Positions 59,173 to 64,000 of a stretch of 64,000 nucleotides of DNA are shown piece after piece. The DNA is from a virus, in IMG/VR virus record IMGVR_UViG_3300037722_000226, positions 1 to 64,000 of that record. The stretch is one strand, 5' to 3'. The notes under the pieces were generated by a model. That model worked only from the letters and a program-made list of their open reading frames with translations, did no database searches and had not been told where the DNA came from. Position 1 is the first letter of the stretch. Each line of letters begins with the position of its first letter. Both the position numbers and the translations under genes were made by a program.

Positions 59173-59847
59173 TTACGAACTTGTGCTGGAGTAGAACGCG
59201 CTGTTCTTTACGCCGCTGGGAATTCCCAGCATCGAAAACCGCTGCATCGCGTTGAACAAGTCCTCGGGCGGCAGCCCTTCGTACTGCTCCATAATTTTGA
59301 GCGCGGCTTCGGCGGCAACCAGGTGGCGAGATTCCTTCTCCAGCGCAATGCGGGCGCGCGCGATCTGCTCATCGATGATGTCTTTGACGAGGTTGCTGCC
59401 GTCGCCCTTGAACTTCATACGCTTGAGCTGGCGCTCGAGGCCGGAGATCAGCGACTCACACGAACGCTTGCGGCCGCGCGAAGCGTCCCGTATCTGCCGC
59501 AGAAAATCGCGTAGTGTGTCCACGAGCGAAAACCGCGGATCGGCCATTACGCCTTGCGCATCGGATTGCTTGATCGTCTCGATCACCGCGCCGGCCAGAA
59601 GGCTGATCGCCAGAGACTCGCCGCTGTCGCGTTCCGTGTTGCCCGTCTCATCGTAGCTCGCGCGTCGCACCGGGTCGCTCAGGATGTCGTACGCCTCTTG
59701 CACGAGCTGGAAGCGCGTCGTGGCGCGCGGATCGTCGGGGTTGCGATCGGGATGCGTCTCGCGCGCCTTGCGGCGGTAGGCAGCTTTGATGGTCTTGGCA
59801 TCGGCGCCGGGTTCGATGCCGAGCTGGAAGTATGGATCAAGAGCCAC
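59173..59847 (-). CDS. J-domain (DnaJ-like) protein (224 aa)
   Basis: DPYFQLGIEPGADAKTIKAAYRRKARETHPDRNPDDP...FQLVQEAYDILSDPVRRASYD has an intact HPD tripeptide. Confidence 0.85.
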   Translation of the reverse strand: MALDPYFQLGIEPGADAKTIKAAYRRKARETHPDRNPDDPRATTRFQLVQEAYDILSDPVRRASYDETGNTERDSGESLAISLLAGAVIETIKQSDAQGVMADPRFSLVDTLRDFLRQIRDASRGRKRSCESLISGLERQLKRMKFKGDGSNLVKDIIDEQIARARIALEKESRHLVAAEAALKIMEQYEGLPPEDLFNAMQRFSMLGIPSGVKNSAFYSSTSS

Positions 59848-60541
59848 GGCGGCCGCCCTCCAGGAGTCGGAGCTTGCGCTCGAACTCGATTACGTTGTCG
59901 GGCAGCGTCGGCGCCGCGATCGGCTTGCGAAGATCATCGAGAATCGCCTGCCAGTTCACAGCCTCGTCGGCGCCCTTGCCCTTGTTGGCGTCGTCGAGGC
60001 CCCAGACGGAGCGTTCGCACTGTATCGCCTGATTGATGGCGCGCGCCAGTTTTTCGACGTGTTCGACGACGACCTTGCGCGCGCGCGCGGCGTTCAACAG
60101 GAACTCGGCCAGCGGCTTCGTGTCGCCGCTGAATGCCTTCATCTTCAGCCGCTCGATGTGATCGACGTCGACGAACGAGCTTGCCATCGACGACATGGCT
60201 TGCGTCTCTTCCAGCTCGTGCTCGAGAACGCCGCGGAGCTGCGCACTGAGGCGTTTCTGATTGCGCTCCACGACATCGACCGTGCCCTCTGAACGGCCCG
60301 GAGATAGGCCAGGAGATAGGCCCGTGATGATCAGCTCACTGTCCGGCGGCTTTGCGGATTCTTTTGTAGCTGCGGCCGCTGCTGCCTCGGCTGCCTTCCA
60401 CTCGCGAATCTTGGGGATGACTTCGAGCGTTCGGACGCCAAGCTCGCGGGCCGTGGCGATCGCCGCGTATTCGCCTTCGGATTGGTACGCTGCCTTGATC
60501 TTTGCCCACTTGTCGGCCCACTTGTCGTGAGCAGCATCCAT
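59837..60541 (-). CDS. putative terminase small subunit / DNA-binding protein (234 aa)
   Basis: N-terminal HTH-like AIATARELGVRT. Position upstream of the packaging genes. Assignment is by position only. Confidence 0.4.
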   Translation of the reverse strand: MDAAHDKWADKWAKIKAAYQSEGEYAAIATARELGVRTLEVIPKIREWKAAEAAAAAATKESAKPPDSELIITGLSPGLSPGRSEGTVDVVERNQKRLSAQLRGVLEHELEETQAMSSMASSFVDVDHIERLKMKAFSGDTKPLAEFLLNAARARKVVVEHVEKLARAINQAIQCERSVWGLDDANKGKGADEAVNWQAILDDLRKPIAAPTLPDNVIEFERKLRLLEGGRRGS

Positions 60542-60555
60542 GATCAGCGATCCCG

Positions 60556-61299
60556 TTATCCGTAGAAGCTGACCGTGATCCGCGTCGGTCCTAGCCCGCC
60601 CTCGAGCGTCTCGGCGCCGAACGACAGCGTGGCCGAGTCCGCAGACGTGCCGATGTCGTTCCCGGCGCGGCCGCCAACGAGCGCTGAGATATCCACCGTG
60701 TCGCCAATGCCCGCGACCGCTTCTACGAACGCATGCGCGAGCGTGCCCGTGCCGTAGACTGTGCCCTCTTCGCCTGCTCCGTCCTCGCCGTTGATCGCGT
60801 CAATGAGATTGTCGAGCGTGTCGCTCGCCGTGGCGCCGATCAGCACGTTGTACGGCTCGTCGACGAGCGCGGTCTCGTTGAACACATAGGTCACGTCGCC
60901 GATCTCGACCGTATCGCCATCGGCGGCGTTGGCCGAAGCTGTGAGCACGCCCGTAGCGACCTCGGCCGAGAACGCTGAAGATGCGGCAAAGACCGAAACC
61001 GCGGCCAGTGCGCGCACGTCGAGCACGACATAGCCGCCATCGCCCTCAGCAAGCGCCGTCAAGTCGCCCGATGCGCGCTCGAGCGGCCAGACCGGTGTCT
61101 CGAAGTCTGCCTGGGCCTCGGCGAACGTGAATTCCTCGTGACCGATGATGCCGCGGACCTCGAATTGATCGAGCGCCACGTCGTCGGAGAGCCTGAGCCC
61201 GATCGCGAGCAGCTCGACGCCCGCGGGGATCATCTGTCGGCCGACTTCAATCAGCTCTTCGCCGAGATCCGTGCTGTATTCGACGTTGATCTTGCTCAC
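60556..61299 (-). CDS. hypothetical acidic protein (247 aa)
   Basis: GTG at 61297-61299 after GGAG, in a GTGA overlap with the upstream stop. The 5' 207 codons of ORF 60556..61920 are Arg-rich shadow. Confidence 0.55.
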   Translation of the reverse strand: MSKINVEYSTDLGEELIEVGRQMIPAGVELLAIGLRLSDDVALDQFEVRGIIGHEEFTFAEAQADFETPVWPLERASGDLTALAEGDGGYVVLDVRALAAVSVFAASSAFSAEVATGVLTASANAADGDTVEIGDVTYVFNETALVDEPYNVLIGATASDTLDNLIDAINGEDGAGEEGTVYGTGTLAHAFVEAVAGIGDTVDISALVGGRAGNDIGTSADSATLSFGAETLEGGLGPTRITVSFYG

Positions 61300-61598
61300 G
61301 TGCGCTCCGAGTTGGCTATTTTGACGGCCAGGGAGGAATCTGGACCCGCCTGAAATGTAGCACGCGCCTTCCCGCAGTGTCGATGCTGCCTCAAGAACCG
61401 CGCGAGCGTGTGCCGGCGTCGGAAGCTCTTCAGTCCGATCTCCGGGCAGCACAGGCACTCGGCGAAACCGTCGTTCTCCGCGAGCCAGTCGCCGAACACG
61501 ACGCGCTCGCCGGTATCCCACGGCGCGCGCGAGAGTCGGCCAGCGACATAGCCGACGCCGATACGAAGCCACGGCTTTGCGTCGTAGCACTCGAACAT
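61296..61598 (-). CDS. hypothetical Cys-rich protein (100 aa)
   Basis: ATG at 61596-61598 in an ATGA overlap. Confidence 0.5.
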   Translation of the reverse strand: MFECYDAKPWLRIGVGYVAGRLSRAPWDTGERVVFGDWLAENDGFAECLCCPEIGLKSFRRRHTLARFLRQHRHCGKARATFQAGPDSSLAVKIANSERT

Positions 61599-62047
61599 CA
61601 GCGGCGCACGATCCAGCCGGCCCAATAGTGACCGTCGTCGTTCGGCCCGGCGATGCCATGCGGCGTGCCGTAGGTCGGATCGTGCACGATGCGCCCGCCC
61701 TTGCACACGACGTTGTGCCCGAATCCGCGCCGACTCTTCCCGAGCAGGAGCCAATGGACATCCAGAAAGTACGTCTCGCCGATGCGCTCCACGAACTCAT
61801 CCGGTTCGAGCCCCCTCGCACGAGCGTCGAACGGCAGCTCGACGAACGCGCAGCCGTGCTCGTACAGAAACCGCCGCAGCTCGGCCCATGCTTCGTGCTG
61901 CGGCCGCATCTTGTCGCCATCGGCGTAGAAGTGCGGGACGTCGGCCGCCGGCAAGTCCATCATCGACGCGATGCACGCGCGCAGGCAGTCGCCGAACACG
62001 CCGTTCGCGGGATCGTGCTCTTTGAACAGCGAGTCGACTGGCGTCAT
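61598..62047 (-). CDS. putative papain-fold cysteine hydrolase (149 aa)
   Basis: Ordered Cys...His...Asp candidates: GVFGDCLRACIASMM, GFGHNVV, IVHDP. Confidence 0.5.
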   Translation of the reverse strand: MTPVDSLFKEHDPANGVFGDCLRACIASMMDLPAADVPHFYADGDKMRPQHEAWAELRRFLYEHGCAFVELPFDARARGLEPDEFVERIGETYFLDVHWLLLGKSRRGFGHNVVCKGGRIVHDPTYGTPHGIAGPNDDGHYWAGWIVRR

Positions 62048-62229
62048 TGCTGCTCGCGCGTGAGCGCGATCCCATGCATGTCGATCATCGGTGCCCGCTC
62101 GGCCTGGGCGCCCTCGATCTCGGTACGTGCCGCATGAAAAACGTGATCGTATCCGGCGGCCCGGAGCTTCGCGGCGATCTCGTCGTAGGCAGCGCTGCTT
62201 ATCTCTAGCTCGACGAATGTGTACGTCAC
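62044..62229 (-). CDS. hypothetical protein (61 aa)
   Basis: GTG at 62227-62229 after GAAGG. The upstream part of ORF 62044..62433 is shadow-like. Confidence 0.45.
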   Translation of the reverse strand: MTYTFVELEISSAAYDEIAAKLRAAGYDHVFHAARTEIEGAQAERAPMIDMHGIALTREQQ

Positions 62230-62312
62230 GTAGCCGCCTTCTCGAGCTGCTCGGTCTTGGCCGCCTGGCCCTTCTGATAGGGAATTACACCGTTCACTCC
62301 ACGCGCTCGACG

Positions 62313-63005
62313 CTAAGCCGCGCACGCACGAATGTCCGCGAGCGCTGCCTCGGTGCTCGCGAAAAAGTCCGGGACGCGGCCCGTCGAGGCCAGATAGATC
62401 ACGGCGCCGGCAAGCCACGGCCCGAATGCCCACTCAAGATCCGCGCCCGACGGATGCAGCGTGATCGCCCAACCAGCGCGGCAGTGAGTGGTTTTGCACT
62501 TGTGCCACGAGTCCATATCGAGCGCGTTGCTAGCGATCTCGACGGCCGCAAGGATCGCGGCGTCTAAGCGCGCGACCGGCTGTAGTCGGTCGCCAAGAAT
62601 TTTTTGCAAGGCGCGGGCGAGGTCGAGGGCGCGGGCGCGGGCGCGGGCGAGGTCGAGGTCGAGGGCGAGGTCGAGGGCGCGGGCGAGGTCGAGGGCGCGG
62701 GCGCGGGCGAGGTCGAGGTCGAGGTCGAGGGCGAGGTCGAGGTCGAGGGCGCGGGCGAGGTCGAGGTCGAGGGCGTCAATATTGCTCTGCCACTCGGCAG
62801 CGGTTGGCGTGTCGCCCGCAATCGCCCGCGCATACAGCCCGCGCGTCACTGCGATCTCCGTGTACTCATCCTCGATCGTGCCGAGCAGCCAGTGCGCTGC
62901 GCGGACGGCGATCTGCTCAAACGTTTCGCCGGCCGGAGCTGGTTCGAGCGCAGCGATGCTGGCGTCGATCTGAGTTGTGGTCATCATGATTTTGTTACCT
63001 GTCAT
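62313..63005 (-). CDS. protein with an (LD/LA/RA)n dipeptide-repeat linker and a C-terminal Cys/His domain (230 aa)
   Basis: ATG at 63003-63005 in an ATGA overlap. C-terminal motif WHKCKTTHCRAGWAI. Confidence 0.6.
   Translation of the reverse strand: MTGNKIMMTTTQIDASIAALEPAPAGETFEQIAVRAAHWLLGTIEDEYTEIAVTRGLYARAIAGDTPTAAEWQSNIDALDLDLARALDLDLALDLDLDLARARALDLARALDLALDLDLARARARALDLARALQKILGDRLQPVARLDAAILAAVEIASNALDMDSWHKCKTTHCRAGWAITLHPSGADLEWAFGPWLAGAVIYLASTGRVPDFFASTEAALADIRACAA
62610..62776. repeat. in-frame hexanucleotide mosaic repeat (GGCGCG / GGCGAG / GTCGAG units)
   Basis: About 28 consecutive hexamers of three types. On the coding strand they encode ...DLDLARALDLDLALDLDLDLARARALDLARAL.... 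Confidence 0.85.
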
Positions 63006-63253
63006 GGAGTTAACGATGTAATTCCCTTCTGATACGGCATCCACTCGGCGTATTCTTCGGGCTTCGGATCGTCGGCCTGGACGAGCACGAGCGACGTGAG
63101 CTGAAACGGATGACCGTTGGCATCGAAGCCACAGACGTTGATGAGCCGATCGTCGTGCACGTAGGTCACGAGCGCGGCCTCGGGCTGACTCGTGTCGAGC
63201 GACGCCCATCGATGCACCCAAACGACGCGGCCGACTGTTGGAGTGATGATCAT
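63002..63253 (-). CDS. hypothetical protein (83 aa)
   Basis: Full ORF, coupled at both ends. Confidence 0.55.
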   Translation of the reverse strand: MIITPTVGRVVWVHRWASLDTSQPEAALVTYVHDDRLINVCGFDANGHPFQLTSLVLVQADDPKPEEYAEWMPYQKGITSLTP

Positions 63254-63573
63254 CGTTTTTTTTCCTTTCTGAAATGATTGGTTGGTTTACCGTGCGAACG
63301 CCACTTGTACTGAGCAGCCAAAGGATACTCCTCCATACGATCCCTGTCCGCCGGCTTCGTCGCGATCCCAAGACGAGGCGCGGAATACCCGGCGCGCTGA
63401 CCCAGCCTGTCGAGCTTTACGCCGAGGTATCTCAGTCTGTTGGCGACTCGGCCGACTGAGCAGCGAAGATGTCTCGCGATGGCGCGCCATTTCATTCCGG
63501 TCTGATACGCCAGCACGAGCCACGTGTCCTCCTCCTTCGTCCATACCCGCTGCGGTCGATTCCATTTGTGCAC
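63250..63573 (-). CDS. Myb/SANT-like HTH protein (107 aa)
   Basis: WTKEEDTWLVLAYQTGMKWRAIARHLRCSVGRVANRLRYL. Confidence 0.6.
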   Translation of the reverse strand: MHKWNRPQRVWTKEEDTWLVLAYQTGMKWRAIARHLRCSVGRVANRLRYLGVKLDRLGQRAGYSAPRLGIATKPADRDRMEEYPLAAQYKWRSHGKPTNHFRKEKKR

Positions 63574-63576
63574 AGC

Positions 63577-63801
63577 TCATTCGCTATCTACCGGCACTCC
63601 TTCGTAGTTCGGCCGGATCTCGCGCGCGAGGAAGCTGCCTTTGCTATCGGCCGCCATGAAATCATCGAAGAGCTGCGCATTGACGCCCGTGTAGCGGTAT
63701 CGCTTACCGCTCTTAAACGTAACCTCGAGCACGCCGCTGTCCGCATCGAAACCGGCATCGGCGATGTTCGATGACTTCTCGATAGTTTGTCGTTGCATCA
63801 T
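63577..63801 (-). CDS. KTSC-domain protein (74 aa)
   Basis: SSNIADAGFDADSGVLEVTFKSGKRYRYTGVNAQLFDDFMAADSKGSFLAREIRPNY fits the KTSC pattern. Confidence 0.65.
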   Translation of the reverse strand: MMQRQTIEKSSNIADAGFDADSGVLEVTFKSGKRYRYTGVNAQLFDDFMAADSKGSFLAREIRPNYEGVPVDSE

Positions 63802-64000
63802 GTTTTTTTCTCCGTTGGAAGTAATTCAAGTCTCAAGCCGCGCGCGCCGTCGTAGACGAGTACACGCTGATGCCAGCACCAATAAGCTCCAAAGTCGCAG
63901 TGATCCCACTCGTAGCTCGGGAGCTTGACGTACAGAAACCAGACCTGATGCGGCGATCCATAGTCTCGCCATCCCCACGCGATCCACCGAAAGGGCGGCA
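63798..64000 (-). CDS. 3' part of a CDS truncated by the right edge (66 codons visible)
   Basis: Hand translation: ..PPFRWIAWGWRDYGSPHQVWFLYVKLPSYEWDHCDFGAYWCWHQRVLVYDGARGLRLELLPTEKKT. Its stop is in an ATGA overlap with the KTSC gene start. Confidence 0.5.
   Translation of the reverse strand, partial: PPFRWIAWGWRDYGSPHQVWFLYVKLPSYEWDHCDFGAYWCWHQRVLVYDGARGLRLELLPTEKKT

Noticed and set aside
60556-61920. The ORF track gives 5' extended versions of several minus-strand ORFs: 60556..61920, 62313..63371, 9326..10390, 18642..20081, 22631..23425, 45368..46015 and 564..1223.
   Set aside because: The extensions are Arg-rich and overlap the preceding gene. Internal ATG/GTG starts with an RBS or ATGA/GTGA coupling give compact, non-overlapping genes.
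62610-62776. The repeat array could be a CRISPR locus.
   Set aside because: The units are 6 nt with no spacers, lie in frame inside a CDS, and have no cas genes nearby.
1-64000. I searched for a lysogeny module (integrase, CI repressor, excisionase) and for tRNA genes.
   Set aside because: None was recognisable by motif reading. Only Cro/XRE-type small HTH proteins are present. The absence may simply reflect the window boundaries.

Overview
This high-GC 64-kb window is coding almost edge to edge and reads as one contiguous tailed-phage (podovirus-like) genome or prophage. I saw no rRNA, tRNA, CRISPR array, host housekeeping gene, integrase or DNA polymerase. There are five transcription blocks. 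(1) Minus 1-2266: small early genes, a Cro/YdaS-like HTH protein and an HNH protein. (2) Plus 2378-7678: MoxR-type AAA+ ATPase, VWA/MIDAS protein and small membrane proteins. (3) Minus 7658-12392: Ref/DUF968-like HNH protein, UDG-like protein, papain-like Cys hydrolase, wHTH protein and Cro-like regulator. (4) Plus 12494-17306: Cas4/RecB-like exonuclease, free-standing NUMOD4-HNH homing endonuclease, putative annealing protein and SbcC/Rad50-like ATPase. (5) A ~46.7-kb minus late block from 64000 down to 17269: KTSC and Myb-like proteins, putative TerS, J-domain protein, beta-class DNA methyltransferase, TerL, portal, scaffold, N4-gp56-like capsid, head-tail proteins, lysis genes, large tail proteins, internal-virion-like proteins, a 4,468-aa polyvalent protein and a tail-fibre cassette. 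The most notable observations are these. (a) The 13.4-kb single ORF fuses a GGDEF-type cyclase-like domain, an inorganic-pyrophosphatase-like domain, an N6-adenine MTase, a strawberry-notch-type helicase, an HExxxH motif and an ART-like domain between hydrophobic termini. (b) An HNH homing-endonuclease ORF is nested out of frame inside the beta-class MTase gene, while the MTase frame stays open across it. (c) A 252-aa LAGLIDADG intein sits in the TerL Walker A loop. (d) A small conserved gene between portal and scaffold is split by a -1 frame change. (e) Back-to-back early promoters have -35 boxes that form one palindrome. (f) There are in-frame hexamer and 81-bp tandem repeats. All function calls come from motif reading by eye. 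No database search was possible.
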